A DNA stretch of 59,895 nucleotides, filler included, from Platydemus manokwari (taxonomy: Eukaryota), in the NCBI GenBank assembly GCA_037951405.1. It is 5 parts of 5 records of this genome, joined end to end, with 100 filler letters (N's around TTAATTAATTAA, not from the genome) between each part and the next. Parts side by side here need not be neighbours in the genome. Positions count along the whole stretch, not along the records: positions 1 to 12,210 come from JBBMOY010247783.1; positions 12,311 to 22,368 come from JBBMOY011173433.1; 3 more parts are not named here. One strand, 5' to 3'. The notes beneath the pieces are model-generated. The model searched no databases and was not told where the DNA came from. It worked only from the letters and a program-made list of their open reading frames with translations. Shown here one piece after another: positions 1-13,246 of the stretch; within the stretch, counting starts at the first letter, position 1, and each line of letters starts with the position of its first letter. The translations under genes were made by a program, and so were the position numbers.

Positions 1-1563
1 AATCTTTAAAAGTAAAATTTAAATCTTTTAAATAAAAAAAGACGTAATATAAAAATGTGAGCATTTTTATTTGAATTAAAAAAACAAGGCAAATCAGATG
101 GAAATTAAATTTTAAATATATGTTCGAAATTGATGTATTATAAAAATCGATTTTTTGTTCTGTAGAAAACATGACTTTGGATTTGAAAATTAAAAACGAA
201 GAAAAATTGGCAACTGATAATTACTTTTACAAAAAATTAAATAACAGTAAATAAAGAAATACAAAATATTTTCAAAAATAATAATAAATAAATTGTGTTA
301 ATTTAGAAAACGTGTAGGTAAGACACGTGGAAAAAATAATACCAAAAATTAATAATTAATATAGATATTTTGGCAACATGTTTTACTTAAAGGCACAACG
401 ATCATGATCTGTAAATGGATTTAAAATAAGTTGGAAAAAGAAAATAAAAACCGATATTTCACAAAGACATAAGAAACCAGGTTCAATAATACTCATGAAT
501 AATTCAATATGGTTTCACTTAAATCAATTTAAGATTAGTATGCTCATTTAATTGTATTGTGCATTCATATTGTGGAAACCATAATCAATTTATTATATCA
601 AAAGACTTGTTACTGAGAAATGAATTGTTATTATCCTTAATCAACAGTTCTTGAATATTTATTGAGAATTTGATTTTATTAGAGCTAACTTATTGAATTA
701 TTGTGTATATACATCTGAAAGATGTAAACAAGTAAATATTTTATTAACCTTTTGGTTCTTAACCAAGGCCATATCGGCATTTTTATGAAAAAATAGTAAC
801 TAAGCATAAATAGTAGCAACATTGTGATTGAAATCATTTTACCAATCTCTTTATTTTTCGATTGAAAAGATTGACCATTTCAAGTCACTATATCCTCAAA
901 TTATACACTATCTTTATACATAACCATTATATATGTATCATTTTATAATCATTATCATAATATATTATTTCTAAAATTTCCCATTTCAATAACTGCACAT
1001 TGCATCAATTTGTGATATATCTTACAATAAAAGAAATTCAAATTTTTTAATAAATTGAGAATATATCAGACTATCAGAGAATATACCAAAATATATCAGA
1101 CTGAATATAATATCTACAATAACTATATGAAAAGTGTGGGGAACTAACCAGGCTATCTTGAGCCAACCAAACTAACTAAAAAATAATAATAAATTAATAT
1201 AATTTTTTTTTTCAAAAAACTACAAATATTCATAACATTTCTAAATTTGTTTTACTGAACCAAAATTAATTGGTATTCAGGTCACTGAGTAAAATCACAT
1301 TCAAATCTAAAAATAGATACAACGATGCACGTAAAATTATAATAACCACGCTTGTTGCCAAAAATAGACACATAAGCTAAAAATAGTAACCTATGCTGTA
1401 CATATACTAAAACTAGAAACATGTGCTACCAAGCATAGAATGTTACCCAAAATAACAACAAGATGTATGACTCACAAATAGAGACAAATCAGTATATATA
1501 TATTGGCACAAACAGTCAACACTTGCACAATTTCGACTATCAACATATACGATATCCAGTTAT

Positions 1564-1640
1564 TTCTACAAGAAGTTAATTTTTACACGAAGCAAATTTT
1601 TACAAGAAGCTGATTTTTACAAGAAGCAACTTTTAACAAG
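1564..1640. repeat. 17-bp minisatellite, about 4.5 degenerate copies (consensus near TTTTACAAGAAGCWRAT)
   Basis: Successive units ttctacaagaagttaat / ttttacacgaagcaaat / ttttacaagaagctgat / ttttacaagaagcaact / tttaacaag read directly. Confidence 0.8.
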
Positions 1641-3162
1641 CCACGAATTATTGTATGCCAATTTATTTATTGTATTCCAATTCTTCTGAAGATATTTTAT
1701 GATGATGTAATCAACAAGTAAATTTTTTATTGTTTTTAGACCCACGGCTATTATTAGTCTTGAGGTCGTTTAAAATCACATGGGTTCTCACTTAAAAAGT
1801 TCCCCAGTTAACTTTTGTCACGAGAGGCTTACCCAAGCACCTAAGCGGTACGCCCTTTACTGTTTTCTTGACACACAACTCCTTCTTCCGACCATAGCGA
1901 TCATCGCCTTGAGTTATTTAAACTATTGTGTTTAGATTCTTTTTGATCATCAATATATTTTATTTTGTCTTATTTTACTACTGTTTATTGAATTTGATTA
2001 TATTATCATTTATATTTTAAATAATATTTTTTATTATAATTAACCGAGTCCAGATAATTTGGAGATTAAGGGTAACCATATTCTGGGAAAATTAATAGCG
2101 TTAAAAAGTCCTTCTGATATTACGACATTAATCAATATCTTTTTACAAATTCTGCATTTGTAATTTGAATTTACGACTACTATGTAAATACCCGTCAATC
2201 TTGGTTTGCTTTAGAAGTATTTGTTTTATTTATTTTATAATTTATAATTCTTTTTAAAGTTTCTAAAGCTTGTTTCAATTAACTCATTTCCGTCAAGCAT
2301 TTACTAATATTATTCAGCTTTTATATCTATTGATGGAATCCTACTAACCTGTGCTAAGTAGTATCTGGTGAGTGATTCTAAGAGATAATTCAACTAGCAG
2401 AACTCGATGAATTATCTGTGCACTATTGAGTGATAATTAGAACCGGAATAATGATGATTCCACTAATAATCCGACTTTAATCAGTAAATAGGTTGCGTGG
2501 CGTTATTCAGGTACTGTTAAATATAATCATGATATGAATGATAACGAAATCGTAATACAATACGTTTATTATAATAAAAATTAACGAATGTGTTAATTAT
2601 TAATAAACAATAAACAATTGTGTAAATAGCCTTACTTCGGACGATAAACTAAAGGAGATGTGATTTTAACTTATTAATTAAAGATGACGTCTGCAAATCC
2701 TTGTGGCTTTACAGCGTACGAATGCCTCGATACAAATGCTTCCCCCTTTGTCCCGCTATATGATTTTTAAGAATGAGTATCAGTACAAACCCTTTCGACT
2801 TTGTACGATACTCATATAATTAATTGCAAAAATTACCGATTGCATCCTAATTTACGAATTTGGTTGAGGCTTGAAAGCTTGATATATATAATTAATGAAG
2901 ATTCCAATTTCGTATATGGCTGATGATTTGACGATGCCGAGAACGGTATATTCCAAAGTACGAATACAGTGAGGATTTGCACAATGATGAATATATATTT
3001 TTGAAGTACTATCTACGCAGAAATTTCCAATCCCAATCAATGATGAATAATTTGTTGAGGCAAAAATTTTGTGTCCCATCGCCTATTTTATAGAAATTTT
3101 TAATGCGGGCGTGCGTGGGATTTGATGATTAATTTATTGGGATTTTGTGATTCGAATTTGGT

Positions 3163-3251
3163 GTTGCCATGGCGATATATTAAATCACCATGGTGATGTT
3201 TATCTCAAATATTATTGTTGCCATGGTGACGTAATAATTCACCATGATGAT
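3163..3251. promoter_or_regulatory. Tandem cluster of four RFX X-box-like 14-bp palindromic motifs (2 x 54-bp unit)
   Basis: GTTGCCATGGCGAT 3163-3176, ATCACCATGGTGAT 3184-3197 (perfect palindrome), GTTGCCATGGTGAC 3217-3230, TTCACCATGATGAT 3238-3251. They resemble the RFX site GTTGCCATGGCAAC. Function is inferred only. Confidence 0.45.
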
Positions 3252-3435
3252 AATTTTAATTATTATTTTAATTATTATTATTATTATTTCCAATGATGTG
3301 AGCTGGTGTGGGAGTAAGTGGGCAGTAGCATTTTATATTTCTTAGATTATATTATTTTTATTTGGTTATATTATTTTATTTTAATCATTTGGTTCCTAAC
3401 AATACGAGCATTTCACAAATTGTATCATTGTTCGG

Positions 3436-3530
3436 TAAGTTACTCTTCTGTTGGGTGGATCACAAAATCAACCAAAAAGTTTACAGGAACTAAAGAAATT
3501 ACCCTAAAATGGGTCGACACACACAAATCA
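3436..3530 (+). repeat. Dispersed repeat fragment, copy 1 (inverted copy at about 25102-25175)
   Basis: taagttac..ctgttgggtggatcacaaaatcaaccaa...gaaattaccctaaaatgggtcgacacacacaaat aligns with the reverse complement of 25102-25175 on another contig. Confidence 0.65.
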
Positions 3531-5073
3531 TATAAACACTAGTTGTTCAAATTCATCGTTGTATGTATTTTTTATGGTTTGGAATAGCCCATCCAAAAAT
3601 TGATCTTTTTCAATTTCATCTTTATTTTTATCTCAGTTTGCTCTTTGAATTTATGCGAAACTAAATTAAATAAAGTTTTTTTAAAAGCGAGTAGAAAAAA
3701 TTATATTAACAAATAAAATAAAGAAAATGTTCATATAAAAACAATTATTTTTTCAAAGACTTAATAGTTGTTTTAATATCCCCGATTGAAATCAAAAGAT
3801 GGTTTTGAAACTTTTTGTTACCATATATATAAATATATAACATCCACTGTACGATGAAAGTACACTAATCATTGCTGTTATGATGCCTTATGGACGTTTA
3901 TACATAAATCGATAAAGGTAAAAATAGAAAAATGAACTATCCGTGTTTTAAAACTTTAATTTATTCTAGATTTTCAAATTTATTCGAGAATTATTTGAGA
4001 ATTTTATATGCGAAAATTATATGAAAAAATATATATATCTGAGTGCCATGATATGAATGCCACAATGGTTTACTTTGTAAGATTATATCAGAAACAATTC
4101 GAAAATGAACAGTTAATTAATTGACATTTTATATGAATATAAGTTGATTGAGATGGTAAGAGTTTTTGGTAGTGGATAAATGGATTAAAGATTTATTTAC
4201 GTGCTCTTCTAGATTGTTTGTTAATAGAATGATATTATCAAAACATGTTTAACAGGTATTTGTTTGTATTAACAGCTATTGCATCTGGTAATAATGATTA
4301 TCATGATTTTAATAGTAAATGCTAGATATTGTTAACTCATTTGCAGCTTTTAATATGTTTATATTAATATTTTATTGTTTAATCATCATAGGTGCATTGC
4401 AAAATGTGTTAATTAAAAGTTAGTAATTCGAAGGTAGTTGTAAGTCTTCTAAATTGGTCTTCACTTCTTCCATTATACTGCCTCGCTAATTATTTTATTA
4501 TTATTTTCTCAAAACCAGAGTTGTGTCTTAGCAAAAGATGATGAATTCATATTGAATATGTTATTGTTATCGAATGTGTGATGATTTTCTATGGCACGTA
4601 CTTATCGCTGTGCTGTGTCTACTTGGTGTAGAGCGCAACAAATACTCCTGTTCTAACTATATCTACCTTAAAAAGATAAGTTGATCAATAAGATTTATTA
4701 TCACTACAAAGTACAAATTTTGTACATAAAAATTGCAATCAAGGTTAAAACCTTCAAATATAAGTTTAACTATTAAAACGGAACTTGTCCGTGCACTAAT
4801 GTGGAAATATTGGCTTTACTACTTACTAGTATTCGCAAAAATGAGTCACCTGCGCACAATCTACTTTTTTTACAGTACCGATATTAGAGATTACTTTCCT
4901 CGAATATCACTCACTATAATTCATGTAATACTTATATTTTGATAAAATTTTAATAATTTTGTACAATAATAATTTTCCGGCTTTATCAATTTTTTAAAGC
5001 ACTTCCTTCACCATAGAATTCGGTAATAACTGTGATAGCTTGGAGGCTATAAATGATTTATGAATTGTACTCA

Positions 5074-6611
5074 AGTTTTTGGACTAGCAAATTATAATTC
5101 TCGAATATTTCAAAGGCATTTCTAATTCGTTCCTTATCTACTGCGGAAATTTTAGAAATGGTTTTAAAGGAATTTATTAAAGATTAAAACTTGTTACGTG
5201 AACTTAGAGATATCCAATTTGACAGCGTTTTAAGGTTGTTAGCATCAAATATGGACATAATTTCATATCTTAGACAAATTTAAATTAACATTTTCATGAA
5301 AGTTCATCAATCATAATTTTCTGTATATAAATTTTCGACTGAAATGGCTATATTTATATTTCTAAATAAATTCCAAATTACGTGATATGATAAAAATAAT
5401 AAAACGTACCTGAATGCATTTGATTTATCTAAAAATATTTTAAAATTATTTTTTTAAAAACAATTTTACCAGACATTCAAATTATCCTCTTACACTCAAT
5501 GCATACACTCACTATTTTTACAAGAAATTACAAACATCTCATACATACGTTCTCGTATGTCTGTAATGAACTTTTTCTATATCAGACTGATGGATTATAC
5601 AAATATGCATTTACTCATGTCTAATTTACATATGTGTGTCCAGAATTTGAATACGAATTTTATGGTCCAGACTAACAGATTGTACCTGATCTAGATTATG
5701 GTTAGGATTTATCGAAAATTAAGATAAAACTATTATAATTTAAACTATTATTACTCTCCTTTTACAATTCCAACTAAAACGTAAAAATTTAATTAATAGA
5801 AAGATCAGTCAGAAGATACTTAATACAACTTATTAATAATTCATTACTAAAATCACAATAATTCGTAACGATAGGAATTGATAATTAATGATAATCCATC
5901 ATTATTGTTAATTCATAAAAATCAAGCACGTTGATTATTCGACTCTTAAAGGAGTTAAATTGTGTTAATTGTTAAAATATCACTGCTAGTTTATTGTATT
6001 GAAAATTCGGATTGATTTGTAGCATGAGTTTGATGGTCTTTGAGTATCTGCAGTTTGACAGAGTTGTGTTATTTTTTTAATAATAAAACGTAGCTGAGAC
6101 AATGAATGATTTTCTCGGTTCTAATTCCCAGTTTTTGGACTAGCAAATTATAGTTCTCGAATTTTTCAAGGGCCTTTATAATCGTTCCTTATTTATTGGT
6201 AAAATTTTGGAAATATTTCTAAAAGAATTTATTATAGATTAACTTGTTTCATGAGTTTTGAGATATGCAATTTGATAGCTTTTCTTCGTATATATTTTCA
6301 TTCGTAGACCGCTTTGAAATAATAATCTTATTAAGAGGAGTTCATCAATCATGATTTTCTGAATATGAATTTTCGACCGAAATGGCCATATTGTTATTTG
6401 TAAATAAATTTCATATTATGTGATGTGATAAAAATAATAACAATTACCTGAAAGCATTTGATTTTTAAAAACAATTTTACCAGACATTCAAATTATCCTC
6501 TTACACTCATAATGCATACACTCACCATTTTTACAACAAATTACAAACATGTCATACATACGTTCTCGTATGTCTGTAATGAACTTTTTCTATACCAGAC
6601 TGATGGATTAT
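5074..6611 (+). repeat. Diverged direct duplication of about 0.5 kb (5074-5599 and 6130-6611)
   Basis: Both copies begin agtttttggactagcaaattata, share aaaaacaattttaccagacattcaaattatcctcttacactca and catacatacgttctcgtatgtctgtaatgaactttttctata, and end cagactgatggattat. Confidence 0.85.
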
Positions 6612-7464
6612 TGATGGATTATTAACTATTGTTGTTATATTGATTTTGGATGCATTGTGAGTTCTATTTTTAGATTTTAGTATTATTTTCTACTGACCTT
6701 GGTATGGATTAATTTTAATGTGATAAAAACAAATTTAAAATTTTATGAATATTTTTGAAAAAAAGTTTATATTAATATTTCTAGTTTTATAATTTGGTTG
6801 TGTCAAAATGACTCGATTGGTTCCACGCAAATAGAAGCACATTGATTACTAACATGGATTTGGTGGTCTTTGAGTATCTAAAGCGGAATCGGGTTTGACG
6901 AGGTTATATTATTTTTGGGCTATAGATGTTGTTTATGCTTCGAGTAAATAATGACATCATTTCGGGATAATGAGTGTTGTTCAATTAATGTGAATTAGCT
7001 TTATTGTTTGAGCTGCACGTACGCATCGTTTGTATTGATCTTTCTACTTATTTCACATCTTAATTTTTGAAAATGTTAGGTTGTGATAGGTGTTTGTTTC
7101 ATTTTCCTAACAACTCAACAGTGTTAGTTTTATTATATTTACATTTATAAAATTCAAATAATCACAAAGTAAAGCGGTATTTTATTATTTTGCAACAAAT
7201 TATGAATTTACAACAAATAACTACATACAGTTTAACACAAATGAAAACCTTAGATTAAACAAATTAATGCGGCGATATTTCCGTGATCGGAAGAACTAGA
7301 CTATAGGTTCATAATAGTTTCAAACAGTAATTTGCTTGTAACTTTCGCTAGTGATTTTTTGGCTACTTATCTAGAATATCGTTGCACTTATATACTAATT
7401 TTGTGGCTTTTCGCGTCCAATCAATTTTTATTTTAGTAATTACGTATTTCTATTTGAACTTCTT

Positions 7465-8300
7465 TTATTTATTAATCTATTTGTGTAATTGTAAAATTTC
7501 ATTCTTAATTATTGATCTATTTATTAAATTATGTAATTCTTATTTTTAGAATTTCTTTTATTTTCATGTGAATAACTCTTTTGCTTTGTCATCATGTTCT
7601 GTGGGCGTTTTAGCTTGGATCCTAAAATATATTCCCCCTCTTAGGTTTTTTCGTCCCAAGAAATACTTAAAAATGTGAGATAGGAAGTTATTTATATAGT
7701 AGAGAAAATTGCTAAAATATTAACATGCTGATAAAATCTTTACGACACAGTATGATGGCTAGAACACCGGATATAATGTCAATATAATGGTGGTTACAAT
7801 CTCGGGTATAATGTCAATGAAAGGTCAGTTGGTTGTCAGCTACTTTTCTCTTCGTTTTTGCAAGCTTTTTCGAGATCTACATTTTGGTAAGTTTCGGGGT
7901 ATTGGTTGCCTCAAATATTAGTGTAGAGAATACCGGTTGCGTAGTTTGATTGAATAGCCTCTCGCTTTGCCCATTCACATTTTATGGGCTTTAACTTGAC
8001 TTGTACTTTTTGACTTTTTGTAGTACTCTCTGGAGATCTTGGAGGTGTTAAGTGAGTTCATTTGAGTAGATGATTACATCGTTGATTTAAACTATTGCAT
8101 GCTGTATGTCCATCTGCATAATATTTATTAATCTATTTGTGTAATTGTAATATTCTAATCTTAATTATTGATCTATTTATGGAATTACGTAATTCTATTT
8201 TTAGAGTTTTTGATATTTTCATGTGATTAACTCTTTTGCTTTATCATTATGTTCTGTGGGCGTAAACGTTGATTGTGGACGTTGTGGCTTGGATCCTTAT
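7465..8300 (-). mobile_element. Decayed LTR-retroelement relic: two ~160-bp direct repeats with a polypurine tract next to the downstream copy
   Basis: Direct repeats at about 7465-7623 and 8124-8297 (attaatctatttgtgtaattgtaa...tgttctgtgggcgt...gcttggatcct). On the minus strand AAGAGGGGGAAT (7631-7642) lies just before the start of the 7465-7623 copy, as a PPT would. No intact ORF. Confidence 0.45.
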
Positions 8301-10089
8301 ACTTTCCATTTAGCAATTCTCCACCACTCAAAATTTCTTATCATTTTTATTGCTTTGGATGATATTATTCATAAATTTAAATTAAAAATTTAATTTACAA
8401 ATTCATGAATTTTAATGACATTAAAAATTATAATATAACATTTATTAATCTTTAAAATTATTAATTAATATTTCTTGTATTATTTTATTTGATCAACATG
8501 GATAATTTCTTAAAAATATTATTCGGATTTACCTTATCTCTAACTTTGTATAAAGATTAATATATATTTTTGGATACAATTTACAAAATCAATCAAAATT
8601 TTAAAACTAATCATAAAATAGAATAACAAAAAAATAATTGTTCTTAATCAAATGAATTTCAAGAATATTAAAAGTTATAAATATCTAATTATTAATGAAT
8701 GTTGGTATTTGTTGATTTTGATCGAATGAATGAATGTTGTAGAATAAAGTAGATTTCTTTCTAATGATCTTTCTAAGTTCTTTCTAATGATCGGTGCATT
8801 TGCCACAACTCAAAATCCGGCCCGTTGGGAATAGATTTTAATATCCTATAACCAACTGTTTTTCCATCATTCTTTTAAGGGTTATTACGGTTGTTTCCTC
8901 GTCTTTATAACCTTCCAGGTCGGATTGTGATGGTCCGGTAATATTTTTTTACCCTTGGGGATATCTTATACTCCCAGCCTACCAGCCCATCTACATTGAT
9001 AATCTACATTTTGGACAAAGGCAACCATAATATCAAAAACATGATACTATTACTCCATGAGTGTGAATTTCACATCACGTAAATATAAGATATGGTGTTG
9101 TGGAAGTCGATGGGGGTTTTGATCTTCTGTCCCAGGTCTCAACGAGGAGGGTTGCAACTGACCTTTTCCCCCATATTTTTATCGGTTACTTCATAGGTGT
9201 CCGAGCATATAATGCCACTTGATTAATTATTAATTTGTTGGATTTTATTTTATTCTGCAAGCAATTATTGATCCGTGAATTTTGTTTTATTGTTATCCTA
9301 GAAAATTATGGTTTTTTATTATTGATATTATTATTATTTTCAGAATATTGTTAGAAATTATTATTTTCATTATTATATCTGTAATATCAATGATGAATTA
9401 ATCTGAATATTTATGAAAATTTTTATTTTACCTAAGTATTTATTAAAGATTAGCTTTGATAATTTAATTATTCTTATTAAAAGTTCTGAAAATTTTATCG
9501 TTTATAATTCATGATTTTTAGTTTAACCGTTACTTCAGTAACATAACTCTATTCTTCATAAATGAGATAAAATTCATACAATTGTCTAATCGATTTAAAA
9601 TAAAAATGATGTATCTTTATAAATGACACATACACGTCACTATAGAAATAATGTTACAAAATTAATGTTCACTAAAATTTGATACATTTACGAGATTCAA
9701 CATCAAAATTAATACCTATCGTCATCACGGTCTTCTCAAAACCTGTCAATAATTGATGCAAATTTTCAAAGCCAACAATTTTCTAGATATTGTCTTTCAA
9801 CACTTCGTTATTTAATGAATGTTGATAGAACGAATATTGATTGATATCCTAAATATTTTATTAATTGTCGGTGAAAATTGAAACACGTGACTCCTTGTGA
9901 ATATGAATTTGATATTTAATGAATCTATTAAGTCTCAAAATTTGTGTCTTTTGTAATTTCGCCTAGATTTTATAAAATTCTATTATGTTTTCAGTGTTAA
10001 AACGTCATTTAATTCCATCACAAAAATTTATTAAAATTTGAAAAAACACGCTGTTCAGAATATTTAAACAATTGAATTCCCAATATTAT

Positions 10090-10470
10090 CTAACTTCCTT
10101 TATGTTGTTTTTGAGATATTTTTCAGCCAATCAATTCTTCAAGTTTTAGCTGTCCCTGGAAATCAAGGAACTTTTGATGTGGGCTTAAAAATTTCAAAAT
10201 TCTTTGAAGAATTTCATAACGATCTCCGTTCTTCTTAATCTTGTTTGATTCTTTCTACACTAAAACTTCTTCTCCAACTGCGAAAATTCGACCTCTTTTT
10301 TCAACATCGAATTTCCTCAAATTTGTAATTACTGATTTTAACTGGTTTTCCGTTTCTTTGATTATCTGGTTGTGATGGCTTGGTTAATTTAATCGTATCC
10401 CATGCATATTAATTCGTTGTCCAGAAATACTGGCTTTGATTATTTCAAATGAGTTGAACTTGTTCAGATT
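10090..10470 (-). mobile_element. Degenerate Ty3/Gypsy integrase C-terminal remnant
   Basis: Minus-strand translation with stops: ...LRKFDVEKRGRIFAVGEEVLV*KESNKIKKNGDRYE...FLSPHQ..., then RIDWLK in a shifted frame. This resembles the R-x-F-x-x-G-D-x-V-L region downstream of Gypsy integrase cores. Confidence 0.45.
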
Positions 10471-12210
10471 AGACTGTCAATTGAAATAAGTAATAGTAAA
10501 TATTAGATACATAAACACTGAAGTTTATATGTAATTGAAAAAAATGGTTTAGATAATCAATAATGATTATACATGATATAATCAATGTTTTAAATATTAA
10601 ACAAGACTCACTAAGACATTGCATATTCGATAGTATAATTAAAACATAAATTGATATCATTGAAAAGTGAAAATTGTTCTTTAAAATAAATATATTATTT
10701 CTTGAAAATTTTACCTTTTCAATTAGTATGTTGTTTTTGGGGTCAATCTCTTTGATTATTCTCTATTTTTACTTTACTCGATTTATTTAAGTTTTACTTG
10801 TGCAATATCAGAGTCTAATCATTCCACAGGAGTTCTTGTAACCCTAGGTGAACAATAAACATATTATTTTATGATTATTCTTCGCCTCAATCGTATCAAT
10901 CCTCATGTGAAGACCGGGTGAAAGGCTCAATGATATTGATTGATTTAATTTAATTCGTATTTTTATTTCTATGTACCCTCCAAAAAGTTGATGAAATGAA
11001 GTTGAAATAATACTTTACTGTCAATGAGATGAACTTGATGACACTCACCAAAATCAAAAAACCAATTTGTCTTTTATGATTCACGTTTATTATGATTAAC
11101 AAAACAGGCATACATTACTACTTGTATTCAATTAGTTTACAATCGATACTTTTGTACACTTAAACGAACAGAGGTTTACAATTTCCGGAAAAGCTCTGGT
11201 TAATATTTCTCCCAATAGGAGTAAAACCGAATGATCAAAATTGTTTGGATAGATAAAAAGAATATGTGTATTTTATAGATTTTCAATGATTTTACAGAAT
11301 TAATCTTAGTATGGCTTTCGAATCTTCGGGATCGAATCAATTAGAATAAATATCAATTTTGAATCGATCTTCCAGTTAATACTGGGTATATGATTCTGAT
11401 TTCACTGTAGGGAAATTGACTGGTTTTTACGGCCTGCGAATTTGAATAATTGATAACGGGCAGTTCTTTTGTAACTGGCGAGTCTTTGGTTTGTAACAGG
11501 CAGTTCATCAAACTAATTGTTGTTAACCTATTTATACTGGTTTCATTACAGGTTAATTTTCAATAAAATGCAGGTTCCATTTATTTATTCTAATAGATTT
11601 TTATTTTTAATACGGGTCATTCTTTTGGTATTTTCCATCAATGGGGTTCATATTTTATTAATGATTAATTTAATTGCGAGGCCAATTTAAATACGGCTTA
11701 TTAAATATTCAGATATTTTAATGCGGGTTTTTTTGCAAATGTTTTAGTTGTTATGGTTAAATTATCAGATGATTTATTTCTAAATACGGGTGATTTATTT
11801 CTAAGTGCGTGTTTATTTTTCATTAGCATCTTATTGATAATTTGGTTTTCATAAAAATATTAAACAATTACGACATAAAAATTATTATTATTATTCTTAT
11901 ATTCTTTTACTGTAATTAACCATATAAGCTTTTCCAGAAAATATTATTAAATAAAAATTGATGCTGCTATACATCAACGCATGGGTATAACATTTTTTCA
12001 AGTATAACAAGAATAAGAACAGAAATTTATGCAAAAATTCAGGTTACTGTCACAATGGATATCTTGATTTTCCAAAACCCCACAAATATTATTTATACGT
12101 CCTATTTTATTTGTAATTACTTTGGTTTAATGTTCATAATTTATAGAGCTGACTCCAAAATCTTATGGTTGCTGTTAAACTATGGATTGTGATGTGTTAT
12201 TTACAAATCG

Positions 12211-12310
12211 NNNNNNNNNNNNNNNNNNNNNNNNNNNNNNNNNNNNNNNNNNNNTTAATTAATTAANNNNNNNNNNNNNNNNNNNNNNNNNNNNNNNNNN
12301 NNNNNNNNNN
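12211..12310. other. Artificial contig spacer (N44-TTAATTAATTAA-N44)
   Basis: The identical 100-nt block occurs four times; the 12-mer places stops in all six frames. Confidence 0.97.
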
Positions 12311-13189
12311 TCTATCACTTTTCAACAATCAATAGTTTGTTCGAGATTTGTTAAAAATTTCTTTAAATTTACTTTGATATGGTCAATTTTCTATTCATAA
12401 ATCTGAGCATTGAATAATAAATAAATGTTCAAATTAATATTCCATTGAAGCAATGATAATTAAAGAAAAAATATTGAAGAACTCATCATCATCCACCAAT
12501 TAAAAAAATATATACGAAGACAAACAAAGGAAGATGCAATTAACTGTGGAATCGTTGTTGTGTGTGATATGCTAAGAAATTGTAAACTTCCAAAACAACA
12601 ACGCACATGTCGATGACTCATTATCGATTGTAATAGAGATGAATGATTCAATATTTTTCCATTTTCTTTTATCAAAGTCAACTCTCCATGATGGAAATTT
12701 AACACTTGTACAATTTCAATTGCAGTTCCCATTGTTTTTATCCAATGAAATAATCTCATTGTCTCACAGTCTCCGATGGGTGGGACATTTTCTCACTCAA
12801 TTAAAATCGAATTTCTCCACAAATCATAATTCTCAGATTTCTTTTCGTATTCATTGGCCAAGCAATGATAATCCGTCATAAACGAAGATAATCCCCATAT
12901 TAATTACCATATGCATCTAACTGATGGATCGAAATTGAATATTTCTCGATTTGAGTTTTTTAATAATGATTGTTTATGGAAATGTTGGGCAAAAACAGAT
13001 TATTTACAAAATAATAGTTTTACAAAAAAATAAATGACTATATATTCCCCATTCTATATTTCTACTGGTTAGATATTCCGTTAATTCAAATTATTTCCCA
13101 AAATTTTGATATTGTTTCAAAATTATTGCTCTTGCACATCAGGGTTAAGATCAGTAGATCATGACAAATGATAAATACCACCTCACCAC

Positions 13190-13246
13190 TACAACATCAT
13201 CATCATCATCATCATCAACATCAACATCAACAACAACCACAACAAA
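13190..13246. repeat. (CAT/CAA)n microsatellite
   Basis: acaacatcatcatcatcatcatcatcaacatcaacatcaacaacaaccacaac; it accounts for the poly-V/poly-D ORF at 13151-13333. Confidence 0.85.

Noticed and set aside
1564-1640. CRISPR-like array
   Set aside because: Units are contiguous with no unique spacers, there are no cas genes, and the context is eukaryotic.
2852-3079. 75-aa ORF as a real gene downstream of the X-box cluster
   Set aside because: No recognisable motif and no convincing exon chain; cannot be supported without expression data.
9190-9222. WHYMLGH as a Copia GAG-pre-integrase or Gypsy HHCC motif
   Set aside because: A single short motif followed by a stop, with no supporting downstream integrase residues.
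12255-12266. Recurrent TTAATTAATTAA palindrome as a biological motif
   Set aside because: It is always centred in exactly 44+44 Ns; an assembly linker.
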